A stretch of DNA of 58,300 nt, the filler included, from Bipalium vagum (lineage: Eukaryota): assembly GCA_037834085.1 (NCBI GenBank). It is 2 parts of 2 records of this genome, joined end to end, with 100 filler letters (N's around TTAATTAATTAA, not from the genome) between each part and the next. Parts side by side here need not be neighbours in the genome. Positions count along the whole stretch, not along the records: positions 1 to 27,465 come from JBBMKC010089335.1; positions 27,566 to 58,300 come from JBBMKC010264175.1. The stretch is one strand, 5' to 3'. The notes below the pieces were generated by a model. It was given only the letters and a program-made list of their open reading frames with translations, did no database searches and was not told where the DNA came from. Position 1 is the first letter of the stretch, and each line of letters begins with the position of its first letter. The position numbers were made by a program, and so were the translations under genes. Positions 1 through 58,300 of this stretch are shown one piece after another.

Positions 1-71
<71 letters not shown>
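1..71. repeat. (AAT)n microsatellite
   Basis: Perfect aat tandem repeat at the window start. Confidence 0.98.
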
Positions 72-72
<1 letters not shown>

Positions 73-919
73 CTTTCACAAATCTTTACATATAAAAAAT
101 AAAATAAAATTAATTTAAAAGTTCAACACAAAAATCATTAAAATTGTTTCCAAGAAAATGTTTATTGTGGGATACTCCACAATATCAAATATTTCTTTTA
201 GTTTTATGAAGCAGGATTGTGCTCAATTTTCCAACACAGGACTTTTCTGGGTGTATAGTAGTGGTTTATCTTATAGTCCGGAGATATGAGAAGGACAAAA
301 GCGATGATGTTGTTGATGTCCTATAACTTTTCAATCTATTTTTGCGATTCTTTACCTGATTCTATCTATTATCATTATTTACCTTTGACTTATTATTGTT
401 ACTATCTAATTGACATTTTAGTAATTGATTGGGAAATTGTTAAATGGTATAATCATTAACTTAACAGTTCATTAACAACTTGATCATTGATATAATTATT
501 ATAGGAATATTCAATTGACCATTTTTGTGATCGATATCATTGTTATCTGAAAATTATATTGAAGACTTGATAATTAAAAAATATTTATTTAATATTAATT
601 AAAAATTTTTGTATAAAATAGAGTAAAATAAAGATAAAAATCTAAAATTTCGATAAAATTTTGATTTTATATTTATTTTTTATTAATTATTAAATTAAAA
701 TTAATTTATGAATTATATAAATTTTGCCTACTAATAACTAAAATATAATTGAAAGTAAAAAAAGAAAAATATTCTAATAATAACTTTAAAAACAATATAA
801 TAATAATAAATTTAAATAATAGTTTTAATATGTTATTCTTTATCTCGTGACTTGTTTAAAAATACTAATTACATCATAAACTATAATAAATATTTTAATA
901 TAAGTGTGATTTATTAATC

Positions 920-17143
<16,224 letters not shown>

Positions 17144-17240
17144 AAATGAAGAACAAAAAGGATTGATTGTGCTAACTTTTTAAAATAAATCGTCATCTGA
17201 TTCTTGGACTCATTTTTTCAATATTTAATTGTATCATTTT

Positions 17241-17266
17241 AATAAAAATATTATAGAGAGAATAAA
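17241..17266 (+). promoter_or_regulatory. Candidate IMPDH polyadenylation signals
   Basis: AATAAA at 17241 and 17261, about 100 nt after the stop. The AT-rich background lowers specificity. Confidence 0.45.
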
Positions 17267-17449
17267 TTTCCTTTTGAAAATCGACCAATAATAAAAAAAA
17301 TATTGTGCTCATTTTAAACCTTAATTTTTAATACTTTTATTTTAAATTGTAATATCTGCAAAGGTTTTTTGATTAAATATAAGTTTCTCGAAGAACAATT
17401 TCAAAACCAAAAAGAATTTGAATATTTCAAGAGGATTTTTTTGAAATTA

Positions 17450-18190
17450 ACCTGGTTCCACAAAAATGAGGAATCCAGACATGGTCAAGAGGAATTTTTT
17501 TTGGAACAAACATCATTAAGCGATAAATGACAGACATTAAAGCAAAACCAATATGGCGTAAGTTATCGCTCCAACAGATAATTTATTAGTTTTAACCACC
17601 CCACGACCAAAAATATCAACAGATTTTCTTTTAAGATTGAAACTAATTGTTCACTCACTCCATTTCAAGAATAATAAATCCCTAAACAGGGCATTCCATG
17701 TCATGATTTTATATATATAGCTTTGTTATCAATAATATTGTTGTCTGAAATGAACATGATGACGGTAAATAAACGAAATTATAAGAGGTAAGCGTATAAT
17801 TTTCAGCTTTTAAAATAAAATTTAGTGTTATGAAAAAAAATTTGTATTTATACAAAAACAAATAAAGGATCAATCAACAATATAAACCCCATTGTTCATC
17901 ACTAATTGCCAGCATTGCTGAAGCTCATATCAGACACTGCCGAATATGTTTTTTCGTATTTCATTTTCAACGACATTTTATAAAAAAACAAAATATTGAG
18001 GTTGAAGTCACCAGACCTGAATCCGGTAAACCATTCCTGTGCTTGGCGAATATTAATGGCTCCTTTATTTATGTCATTAATATTATCGTCAGCTAGTGTG
18101 ACCGTAGATTCACAGAGATATTCCTACAGGAGTCAATTTCGAACATTTTGCTTAGTCGGGAAAAATTTAGCCACTGAATTATAAAAATTA
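17450..18190 (-). mobile_element. Decayed mariner fragments
   Basis: Minus-strand QAQEWFTGFRSGDFNL (about 18000-18050) and VWIPH (about 17470). Boundaries approximate. Confidence 0.6.
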
Positions 18191-21100
18191 TAATCTAAAA
18201 AATAAATATGATTACTTATGCTTCAAGTATTTCTATATCAATATTATTAAAAGAACAATAAAATTGTCAGTACTTAACAATTAATTTTAACAATTAGAAA
18301 AACGAGGTTACCTAATAAGTTAAAATAAGCTTTTCATAAAGAAATATCTAAATTACCGAAATATAATTTGAGGGGACTGGTTAGATAATTATTTGCATTA
18401 TTTAAACAACGCTCAAAAATGACTAAACACATCTTATAATAAGAGAGATATAAACAATTTTTATTTAGTGACTTCTACTTTTTATATTATCTTTAATACG
18501 GAATAGTATTTATGGAAAAAATAAAAATTGTTAGCTATTTATAGTAAAAGTATAACTATTACTATAATTAATATTTTGATAGCTTTATACTAAAATAATA
18601 TTAGTTAACGTGTAATAATGTTTTCATTATGAATGAATGAAATGTTTAACATTTAAGTAATGTTTGGATTCATTAATTTTAAATTACTGTAATGTATTTA
18701 ATATGAAATATGAAACCTGTGTGTTTGAACTGGGAACGGATATGTAAGCATGTTTATTGTAAGCTAATAAATATTGTTAGGGTTTGAAACTGGATACGTT
18801 CAGGATGAGAGGGATGAGTAGTACCAGGAATACCAAAACTAGATTTATACGGTATAATAGAAGATTGCCTGTATACTTTAATAGAGTATTGGTTCTGAAA
18901 CCAATCACACAGGGAATCAAATATCTAAAAGTTAAGCGTGTGTATGCTATCAACCACCAGATTTAAAGAAGAGCTCCACAATCCAGATCACAAGAACCAG
19001 CTTATAGAGTCAGTCTTTATCATCATTCATCAGTGGGATCATCGAGGCCGTGCCTCTACAAGACTAATAATAACTTCATGAATTTTCTAGGAATATTCTA
19101 AAATTGCACATATAAATATGGAAATAACAATATTTACATGTTTAAATAAAGTAATTAAATATAAAATAATAATAATATTTATATATATTAATTGTTTTTC
19201 ACACACAATAGTACAAAACAATGTTAAAGTTAGTTGTCTTTTATTTTAACCATGATCTTAGTGTTACGTTAGACAAAGTCTAATTTTAGATTCTAAAACT
19301 TTAATGACCCGTAACTGTTAGTTATTAATGTGTTCTTAAATTTGTGAATCAACGTCAAAGTTAAAGAGTCATTTTCATTTTATTAAGTCATGTCATTAAA
19401 ACTTTTGCATTATGACAAAGTGCGCCAACTTGTTGATAGATCCATTATCCATCACTATACAAATCTTTATGTGTTTGAGAAGTATTTCAAAGACAATTTT
19501 CTGTTTTGTATTGTGAGCATTACTGAAAGTACTAATGTTAACATTTAATTGTGGACACGATAAAAAAAACTCGAAATAAACGAAAAAGAAAAATTTGAAT
19601 ACAAAAATGGATATGAAATAAAATCTCTATTAAAAGTATGGATAAAGTGAGAAAATGAAATTGACTTAAGTTTCATTAAAAATCAAATATTGTGTAAAAA
19701 ACACTTAAAATAAGAAATAAAAACCATATACACTTTACAATACTTGTCCTTTTCAGATTCCCGAACTATTACCTAAGCCCCTCTGGTTCACTCAGAAATA
19801 GCCCACTGGTATGAAACCATTACACAATTCTGCTTCATACTGAATGTGGATAATCAAAAATACTTGAATATTGACCTTTTTCCAACGAAACGTTGATAGA
19901 ATATTTCCGAAACTTAACAAACTAAATATAAATTAGTCTACGTGAGCCCAAACTACTCCAAAAAAATCTTCATTGCAAAAATAATCACAATTGCTCTAAT
20001 AAGTCGTTAAATATTTCAATTTAGATATCTCACTTATCTGATCGTCTTGAAATTTTGTGATAAAATGAGTTCTCTTATATACTTAATTTTTGTAATTCTT
20101 GAGCTACCGGGTTTTCGTAAAATTTCTTTAATTGGAGTCTAAACCCCCTAATTATACTGCAGTTTCTACATAAAGTATAAAAACTTTTTTGGAGAGGGTT
20201 AAAAATTGTTGAAGTGTTAATTCAATTATGACATTTACCATTTTTAGTGTTTTTTAAGAATTAAAAATATTTTATTAATTAATTACTAAAATTATTATTA
20301 ATATTATATTTTATTGTTATTATTTTTAATATTATTTAATCAATATAATATTATTAATAATTAATATAATTGTATCTTCTTATTCTTTAAATATTTATAA
20401 CTATACAGTCTGCATTTTCATCTACATTTTTATAATACCCATAAATGCCCATTTAGTGCCATGGGAAAGTTTAATGTCAAAGGAATTATTACGTTTTCTT
20501 AACTTTACCAAGTTTACTTTTGTCTAGTTTTTAGTATAATTGAGATGATAAAGATTATGAAAATGATTTATTTCGCTCTCGGAAGAAATAATTGGCACTC
20601 GTCATATCAAATGAAATGTCTAATTAACAACTTTGAATCAGAAAATTAGAAATCACAAAGTTCTATAAGATAATAAATTGCTTTTTTATTGATTTTCCAG
20701 TTCTATTCAATTTTAGGTTGGATGTGCAGCTTTTTTATTATTTTATGAAAATCTAACTACCTTTTAAAACTAAAATTCACACCGAAGTTTTATTCTCATA
20801 TCTCTTATTAAAACGAAGAGATTTTTAAATCGTAATTATAAAAATTTAATTATCAAATGAAAATGTTTATTTATTTAATATGGATTATTGTTCCGTGTAG
20901 TATTGAAAATATTTGAAGTATTTAAACAAATTTGATATAATAAAACTTTAATTATCAAACCGCCACTTTTTATTGTGACAACTATATTTAAGATTATAAA
21001 AGATTTTTGGGAAAAACTAATTTTTCTTTATATATAATTTTTTATGATGATAATTTTTAAACTTTTACCTTATTTAAATTGTTAATTAATTATTTTATTT

Positions 21101-21319
21101 ATTATTAATTCAATATTTTATTAAAAATTGTAATTAAATTATTAATTATTATTATTAATTAATTAAAAAATTTTATTATTATAAAAAATTTTATATTATT
21201 AAAATTTATGTTATGGTTTTAAAATAAAAATTTTTCGTTCTCTGACTTAACCTTTTATAATTCATATTCTAAAGAATATTTTAATTTTCTTCATTTTCTT
21301 TTAATTTTCATCTCAATTT

Positions 21320-22620
21320 TATTTTACACTACGTATCTTCTGTCGTAGGTCCTTTCCGATTTTCTTCATTTACATCGGACTTCTAACACATAATTTTTTA
21401 TTGAATATAAACGTCTAATTTATAATACTAAATGCATTACCGGCTTTATGGGATCAATTCTAACTAACTAAATTTCTAACTAAATTTATCTCTATAGACT
21501 TTTGGCCCAACATTTTTTTTCGCAAGACTCAGTTCAAGTCTTTCGCAGAAGAAAATTAGAAACAAATTCTACCTCTAGAAAAATTTCCCTTTAAAATTTT
21601 TTTCTTAACTTTCACTCTATATACCCATTACTATTGTGGACAGGCCTAAAAACGAATATCTGCAGAAGATTTCGAGTTAAGTCCTTAATGCATAATGAAT
21701 CAAATGCTTTGCCACATCTACTTTAATGGTCCTTGCGTTTTTGAAATTTCAATACTCAATTGTTTATAAACGTATTTGGAATAAGTTGGTCATCTTATTT
21801 TGTCATTGTAGTTTAGGAAACGTATTTATTATATTTTTTCACTATCTAAAATATATTTGAGTAACTTACTGCAACTTACGTAACCTACTTAGAACATATC
21901 TGCATTTGAATGTAAAGCACCTTTTCTCTATCGTCGTTTCATGTCTGATCTTATAAAAAAGCAGATTCCTGTGTGAAGGTTGTTGTGAATGGTTTTTTGT
22001 TGTTGAAAGCATAACATTTACTGCTTTGTGATCCAAGAAAAATGTAAAAGGTGTACCATATGAACAATGATTGAAAAATAATAAAACACCAACAGTAACG
22101 CTTTCTGTGTTACCAAGCAGTGTTTTAGATAAGTACTATTTATTGAATGTGAAAGTCGGTTGATAAATCACATTCTTTTATTTGTTCAACACTCGACTGA
22201 CAGTTTTGGTGGACGGATCTTACCTTTGTGACTCGGTCTCTTGCACAACAGATTTCGTCTCCTTTTCCATTTCGATTTCATTTATGCATTTATTGCAAGC
22301 TTTTGTGAACTGGTTTTCATTTGTAATCTCATGTGACAACAAGTTATATACAGTCCTGTGAACTTCTTCCAAACATTATCCAAAGTTTTCCGAATCCGTA
22401 TAATAACTTGATAATTTCCCTAAATCTCTCATTAAGGCCTTGGCTTATATAACTTGGCTCTCTAAAGACTTTAATCAAAATCCCTAACTTTCAATCGATT
22501 CTAGAACAAATCAGAATTTTTCTCTTCCTTTATTGAAGTCTCTTGAAGTTTGCAATACCTTACACATTCCACCATAAGTCCTTAACTCTCATCGATTATT
22601 TTTGTTGAGTTTCTTGAAAA
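21320..22620 (-). mobile_element. Decayed Gypsy-like LTR retrotransposon pol fragment
   Basis: Minus-strand FNHCSYGTPFTFFLDHKAV (about 22020-22076) resembles the RNase H motif F.HYLYG..F...TDHK.L; heavily interrupted. Boundaries approximate. Confidence 0.55.
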
Positions 22621-23227
22621 GACCGAATTCAATAGTAAAATTAATAATAATACGCTTGAATATAAATGCTTATATCAAAATCACAAAATGTCAAGTAGGA
22701 GAATTAAAACAAATTATTGCTACTTTAAGACTCCCAAGGTTATATAAATAAACTTGAATACTATTTAAGTTTACTTTTCTTAAAATTCTGTTTAAAATAC
22801 AACATTGTGTAATCAAATGATAATTGCTATGAAACCAGGCAACATCAATTGGATACCTTTATTCATTGACCCATGTTATCCAAAGAAGACACTTCTAAAG
22901 CGGCTCAATGCTATAGTGTTTTGGTATTCTTGCACCTGAAACAAGATTTTTTGTGGTATACAGGCAGAATTTTATTATGTTGAGTTTTTCAAAAAAGTAA
23001 GCTAAATGGACTTAGATATTTACTGTCACGATATTGCCGGTTTGCTAAATAAGCTTAACATAAAATATAATGTCATTACGGAATATTGTTAGCAACATTA
23101 CAAGAGTAAAGTCTGTTCTGCTACATAAGGAATACGAATATCCTGCAATTCAAATTTGGTATTCCAGGGAGGCAGCGGAAGCATATGACATCGTGAAATA
23201 TCTTACCAAATATCTTGTATTCGACCA

Positions 23228-24467
23228 ACGTAGGGCAGTCGTAAAGTTTCTGGAATGACACAAACGGCATATATTTATTATAATAATTAATATCATTATT
23301 TTTCGAAGTATTTACTTTCACAATCTATACACTTTTGCATTCTGTCAAACCAGTCATTGAAACATTTATTCCAATCCGAAATCGGAATGTACAAAATATG
23401 TGATCTGGATGCTTCTACAGCCTGTTCTGAACATGAAAAACGCTGCCCACGCAATTTTTTTGTTGGAACCAAATCAGGACTATGAGGTCCATGGCTTAAT
23501 AATTCAACGTTTTGAATCCTTAAAAATTTTACTGTTTTATGGGCTGTATAGGAACCTGCATTATCATGATGAAGCATAATGGAGCGTTTCTAGCTGTTTT
23601 TCTGCATTCGTTGATGACTTCAGGCAAGTATAGTGTACTGTTGTATACTAATTCGAATTAGATGTGTGATGATCATCGAAAGGAATGGAAGCGACATCAC
23701 CTGATTTGACTACGAAACAGGCAACCATTTGCTTGGAGGTGTGCTGGGATTGAACACTTTTTGGTTGGTAATTGTTCTCCCTGAAACATCCAAACAGTTG
23801 ACTGCCGTTTTGTTTCGGGTTCATATGAATATATCTATGATTTATCGCCACTGACAATGTCAAACATATCTAGAACTTCCCTGCTTAAATGTATCGACTA
23901 TAGCTTTGAACCAATTAACACGATCTCGTTTTTGATCAATTGTAAGAATATGTGGTATCCAACGAGAACAGATTTCTGACATCAAAATGTTCATATGAAA
24001 TAGAATGGACTGAAGTCCAAGATATGTTTTCGACGAACTTCTTCAATTAATTTACGAACAACTTCAATATTTTCATCAGACGCATTTGTTTTTGGTCAAC
24101 CTCTGAAATTATCACCCAAGGAGACGCACCCAGTCTTAAATTCATGAAACCATCGATACACTGTAGTTCTCGATGAAGCATCACCAGGAAAAGCCAAAAT
24201 TAGGCGATCGAGCCCTTTTTGGTGTATCAACCTGTATCGGAAATCATATAAGATAATTGCTCGAAAGTTTTTCATTGATAAATTCAATTTTTCCGCTATG
24301 TATACCATATTTAAATGTAAATATTTATTTAAATAAGTGCGAATATTATTATTAAAATAAATAATAAAGTATAAGATAATAAAATAACGTATTTTATAAT
24401 TAAATTTTTTATGTTAAACTAAGCCTTTCCATATTCTCAATTCCCGAAACTTTTTGACTACCCTTTG
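23228..24467 (-). mobile_element. Near full-length decayed mariner element
   Basis: Inverted ends agggcagtcgtaaagtttctggaat / attcccgaaactttttgactaccct. ORF pieces FRAIILYDFR...VYRWFHEFKTG, WIPHILT, LHHDNAG, PHSPDLVP, RMQKCIDCESKYFEK. Confidence 0.88.
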
Positions 24468-24479
24468 TATATTGCATTA

Positions 24480-25430
24480 CGATGACTTTTGATACAGTAC
24501 TGGAGAAGATTCAAATGTAGTTGGCTTCTTGTCAGGATGGCAAGGTTAAACTAAACATTGCTACTGTCTATTCTTATTGGATAGTATGGGTCTTGATCAG
24601 CATATATAATTGTATAATTAATGAATGACCAAGCTGTGTGAACCGCAAATCTTGACAAGGATATATCAAAGAAGTTGTCAGAGTATTGAAAATCCTATTG
24701 CTTGTTTTTCATATTAAGCTTGACCTCTTCCAGAACTTCATCAAAGCTTTAAAACCAGAAAGTCAACCAATGCTAACAGTAAAAGAATATTTCCCGATGT
24801 TTTCATCGGCAAAAAATTGTTTTCCCTAAGACTACAAGTACCACAATTAATGAGAGATGAACATTTCAAATAGAGCCTAAATCAAATTGAATCCCAAGCG
24901 TGGGGATCATTGTTAGATACTGTGAACAATTTTATTGGTTTGTATTTTTGTTAATAATTATTTTTAAATTTAAAAACCAATCCTTGGATAACCAGAATAC
25001 TGTTTCTGGATTAATGGACGTGTTTACAGAAATGTCTCTAAATGTTCACTTCTTGAAGAGTTTTTTCTCTAAGAATTTGGAGAAAATTAATGATGAACAT
25101 GGTGAAAAATTTCATCAAGCTACAAGCATCGTCGAAAATTAACACCAGAGCGGCGCAGATGAGCGCATGATGGTTATTTTTGGGATGATAGTTTTTTTGC
25201 TGACTTAGTTTTTATCGTCGATAAGTGTTAACTAAAATCTATTGTGGTTGCATAGGTAGGGTGCTTTATATATAAATTTCTTTTTTTAAAAGTGCTTTTT
25301 TCAAGATGAGATGTTACACAGAAAAACTGAGACTATATTTTGAATCAGCCCAACAACAAACCCTTGTATTTTAATTAATATAAGTTAAAAGTACAATAAC
25401 TCAATTTTACTTTTACCGAACACTGTCTTA
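24480..25430 (+). mobile_element. DNA transposon relic, probably CMC/Chapaev3-type (family tentative)
   Basis: Remnant motifs FHIKLDLFQNFIKAL and MSLNVHFL..FFSKNL..INDEHGEKFHQ match a widespread transposase pattern (LHIKLGL...SDEHGERFHQDI). Family assigned from recall. Confidence 0.65.
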
Positions 25431-25876
25431 TTTATTTTCAAATATCTTTTCTTTTTTAGAATTCAAGTTATTAAAATAATAATTATTTAATTTAAAATTG
25501 TAAATTTTTAATATTAATAAAATAAAAAAACATAATNNNNNNNNNNNNNNNNNNNNNNNNNNNNNNNNNNNNNNNNNNNNNNNNNNNNNNNNNNNNNNNN
25601 NNNNNNNNNNNNNNNNNNNNNNNNNNNNNNNNNNNNNNNNNNNNNNNNNNNNNNNNNNNNNNNNNNNNAGTTATATATATAATAATATATAACTCGTATA
25701 TATAAATAAAAATATTTTTTGATTTTTTATTTTAGAACAGTTTTATTAATTTAACTAGAAAATGGAGGAATGAAAAGAAAACTTGTTTACAAATTTATTT
25801 AGATGAATTTTACTTAATAAAAATAAATAATACTTTTCAAAACACCAATTATCACTATTCACATAGCATAATTGTC

Positions 25877-26905
25877 TCAGTCTTTCGATTTGTACGAAGG
25901 GGAAATCGGATACATCAACTGCTGGGTCGATTCTTCTGCAGAAATGATCACTGATAAACCGTTTTGACGTTTTTTACAGAAAATGTGGCAGAGATTTTGT
26001 TTAAATCGATCACAAAACCAACAATATAAAATGAAATGAGTTATGCTTTTCATTACCAATAGAAAAGTACTAATTCTTCTCAAAATAACAAAATGAATAT
26101 GGAACACTGACAAAGTCACATAAACTCCATATGGTCCTTGGAATAAGAAAAAAATGACAATAACCCCAATTAAAACAAAAGTAATCTTCCTTTCTTCTTT
26201 ATGAATATTACCATTTTGATAGACCTGGTTGGAATATTGGCGAAGAAATCGCGAAGATCGACGCAAAGCTAAAATCAGTTGAACATTAATCCACGCCAGA
26301 ATGAGAAATGGAATGATGAGAAACAAAAGCAGTGTTATGATCCATAATTTAATTTCTTCAAAGACTTTATACAACATATTGTCTGCATATTTGAAGTTTT
26401 GGTAATACCTCGAGTAGATTATGATGAACTCTGGACACTTGAACAAAACGATGCTCAACACGATGATAATGATGACCTTTTTGCGATGACTACTGTCAAT
26501 TTGAAGCGCATATAACGGATAACAAACAGCAAGATAACGTTCAAAACCAAGTGAAACTATGATCCAATTGGAAAAGAATATTAAGCCATGAAGAATTTCG
26601 ACCAAGACCTTTTTCAATAGAAACCACTTGTTGATAAAGTCTAAGTTAAAAGTTTGGATTAAGAAAATTGGCCTTTCAATGGTAAACAAGATGAAGAAAA
26701 TACATATTATGAGATCCACAACAATCATAGTCGTCATGTGTATCTTTGTGGAGTGCCAGATATCATGTTTGGTGGTTATGATTATAGTTCCAACAATTAT
26801 AATGATGCTGAAGGTTGAAATGACCAATATGAATAGAGTTGTCAGTGGAAAATTGGAAACGGCAGCGGTTTGTTCGTGGTCCACGAATTCGGTAATGTTG
26901 ACCAT
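25877..26905 (-). CDS. Rhodopsin-class (class A) 7TM GPCR, FMRFamide/peptide-receptor-like, single coding exon, about 342 aa
   Basis: Seven hydrophobic segments; N-terminal NIT sequon; ERYLAVCYP, IIPF..L..IN, ERKIT, FFLFQGPY and FILYC....FK. Start taken at the ATG of MVNITE (26905); the reading frame stays open further upstream. Confidence 0.88.
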   Translation of the reverse strand: MVNITEFVDHEQTAAVSNFPLTTLFILVISTFSIIIIVGTIIITTKHDIWHSTKIHMTTMIVVDLIICIFFILFTIERPIFLIQTFNLDFINKWFLLKKVLVEILHGLIFFSNWIIVSLGFERYLAVCYPLYALQIDSSHRKKVIIIIVLSIVLFKCPEFIIIYSRYYQNFKYADNMLYKVFEEIKLWIITLLLFLIIPFLILAWINVQLILALRRSSRFLRQYSNQVYQNGNIHKEERKITFVLIGVIVIFFLFQGPYGVYVTLSVFHIHFVILRRISTFLLVMKSITHFILYCWFCDRFKQNLCHIFCKKRQNGLSVIISAEESTQQLMYPISPSYKSKD

Positions 26906-27565
26906 AGCAGTGACTTGGGAGTAAATGTAAAGGATAAATTCAATAAATAAATATTTTCCAGAAGGAGTATACAGGGAGAAATGTCGTTTAGACAAATGGA
27001 AATTGAATTAATCTCATTTGCTGCCTTATTTGTTTTCACATGTCTTAAATTGGAGAAAGCAGTCACATTTATGTGGCCTGTTCAATTTTATAATTTTATT
27101 ATTCTGCTAAGTCAAGTGAACAACAGAGAAATTCTAATATTATAAAAAATCCTGGAAGGATCAATTTTTTACCCAATATTATTTTAGGGTTTTTGCAATT
27201 AATTTTCCTTTCTAAAATGAAATATCGAAATGCTTCTGTTATTTACCTTTCAATTTTGTTTTCCATAGTTTCTTTACTTAAAATGTATATTTTATTTTAT
27301 TAATTATTATTATATATATTATCATTATATTTATATTATTATTTTTGTTATTATTATTGTTAGTTATATTTGCGTTTATCAGTTGATATATTATCAAGAT
27401 TCATGTCCAAATATATATTTTACTATCATAAATATTTAAACAAATTAATTATTATATTAATACGTNNNNNNNNNNNNNNNNNNNNNNNNNNNNNNNNNNN
27501 NNNNNNNNNTTAATTAATTAANNNNNNNNNNNNNNNNNNNNNNNNNNNNNNNNNNNNNNNNNNNN

Positions 27566-27612
27566 AATAATAATAATAATAATAATAATAAATAATAATA
27601 ATAATAATAATA

Positions 27613-27644
<32 letters not shown>

Positions 27645-27680
27645 TAATAATAATAAATCAATAATCATAATAATAATGAC
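27566..27680. repeat. (AAT)n-rich microsatellite
   Basis: Imperfect aat array next to assembly gaps. Confidence 0.9.
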
Positions 27681-27814
27681 AACAATATAAATAATTTTCT
27701 CGTGAACTATTTCTATAATACATCGATCCAGAAATTTATACAATAATGATGAAGAAAGAATGGCTTCGCCGACGGTCGTTGTCAGACCCAGATTGGAGTT
27801 ATCGAACAAAATCA

Positions 27815-27836
27815 ACGACGACGACGACGACGACGA
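27815..27836. repeat. (ACG)n microsatellite in the probable Smad 3' UTR
   Basis: About 7 acg units. Confidence 0.85.
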
Positions 27837-28202
27837 ATCTTCTCCGCTGGAAAAGGCCTCCGACAGGATCAGAGTCGATTTCTGTGCAAAAGCATTGTTC
27901 TACAAATAATCAATTGTTTCTATTTTCTTTCTTTCTAAATGGTTACAATACGAAAATTTTTTACTTCTGTAAATGTTGATGAGAAATTGTACAAGAATAA
28001 ACGACCTACACAGCCTCAAATCTTTGTGATACCCGTCCATGGTACTTTGTATGGAACGTAAAAAGTCAACCAAAAAGTATCACAAATCAATAGTAGAATA
28101 ATAATAGCAAAACGATAGAAAACTGTTACAAAAAAAACCAGACAATTATATCATGATAGTGACAACACCGAACAGTGTGACCCCCCTCTCTCCCTACGTC
28201 AA

Positions 28203-57239
<29,037 letters not shown>

Positions 57240-58300
57240 TTATCCCTTTTTAATTTTCTAACTGAATTTAATTATCAATTAACAAATGATATTTTGTTAT
57301 TTAACATAAATACTGATATAGAGCTAAGATATTTACTGATTTATGGAAAGAGAAAAGTTGTAAAAATTCTAAATATAAATATAACGAACTTTTCACAAAA
57401 TTTCGTAATCAACAAAAAACTGTTTAAAAAACAGCGTTTAATTTGAAAAATGCTCTATTTGCATTGAAATGATTGATGAATTTGTTGATATATTAAAAGA
57501 AATATTACGATTTGTTAATAAATTAATGAAAAGGCTGAATAAAATGTTAAGATTATTTATAATTTATTTTAATTATTTAATTTTTAAAAGTTTTTTAATA
57601 ATTTATTTGGTATCAAAAGATTTCATGCTTTGAAATTCATTTGTTCCCAAAGTATGTCAGCAGTTTGTTAATCAATCAGTAACCAATTTTACATAATCTT
57701 GTTTTATAATTTTTAATATTTAGGTTAAAAAGTTAATGTTTTCTATATAATTTAGAAAGATAAAAGTAAAATATCTAAAAATTTCAAAACTTCAAAATTA
57801 TATTAGATAAGTCTAATTTAGAATTAAAGAAATCTTATTTATTTATCCTACTGTGAAATACTGAATAATAAAACATGAAAAAAGAAATATTTTAAAATGA
57901 TTTAATATAAATATATATATATATTATCTATAGAGACACGATCAGGATAAATTGTGCTAAGCCAATGACTGGCTATGAGATCGAGGGTAAATGTTCGCTA
58001 TGGTATTACATGTATTTGACAAACCCAACTTATCTAGACAGTGTGACTAGTTAGCACAATTAGTTAATCATTAATAAAATGTTTGAGAACAAACCTGGAA
58101 ACCTCAACACCATCAACATGATCCAGTTTAGCAAACGCTTCATCACTAGGTTCTTGTCAGTAGATCTAGATCTACAAATCATTTCATCATACACTCTCCA
58201 TAAAGAATCAAAGAACATTTCATGTATTTATAGTTCCATATAACAGACTTTGTCATGATAGACTAAAATTATTAGATTTATTAGGTGTTATGACAAAAAA

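Noticed and set aside
225-325. Short minus-strand frame DINNIIAFVLLISPDYKINHYYTPRKVPVLEN after an AG
   Set aside because: No recognisable homology and no convincing upstream exon or start codon.
17537-17655. Minus-strand frame resembling a hydrophobic C-terminal tail
   Set aside because: In-frame stop just upstream, and neighbouring frames carry mariner motifs.
18688-19060. Possible solo LTR (TGTA...TACA, less AT-rich)
   Set aside because: No target-site duplication or second copy visible in the window.
26628-26924. Plus-strand 98-aa ORF
   Set aside because: Antisense shadow of the GPCR coding sequence.

Overview
Very AT-rich eukaryotic (invertebrate-like) genomic DNA with assembly gaps and three recognisable protein-coding genes. 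(1) A complete spliced IMP dehydrogenase gene on the + strand (920..17143, 513 aa). (2) A single-exon rhodopsin-class, peptide-receptor-like GPCR on the - strand (25877..26905). (3) A BMP-type receptor Smad (Smad1/5/8, Mad) on the - strand (57236..28203; 5 coding exons, about 410 aa). Introns are either tiny (43-73 nt) or multi-kb and filled with decayed mariner/Tc1 transposons and MITEs; Gypsy and probable Chapaev-type relics lie between genes. The main discovery is absent from the ORF track: IMPDH carries two tandem, homologous 97-nt exons (11262..11358 and 11525..11621) with identical splice phases. They can only be used in a mutually exclusive way, and they swap the segment forming the NAD adenosine subsite (GTHKDD vs ATLNCD). 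Secondary observations include a Smad linker apparently lacking the PPxY exon, a RecQ-like helicase relic and an internally deleted tRNA inside a Smad intron, and a U12-like branch point in an IMPDH micro-intron. All gene models were built by hand translation; no database searches were run.
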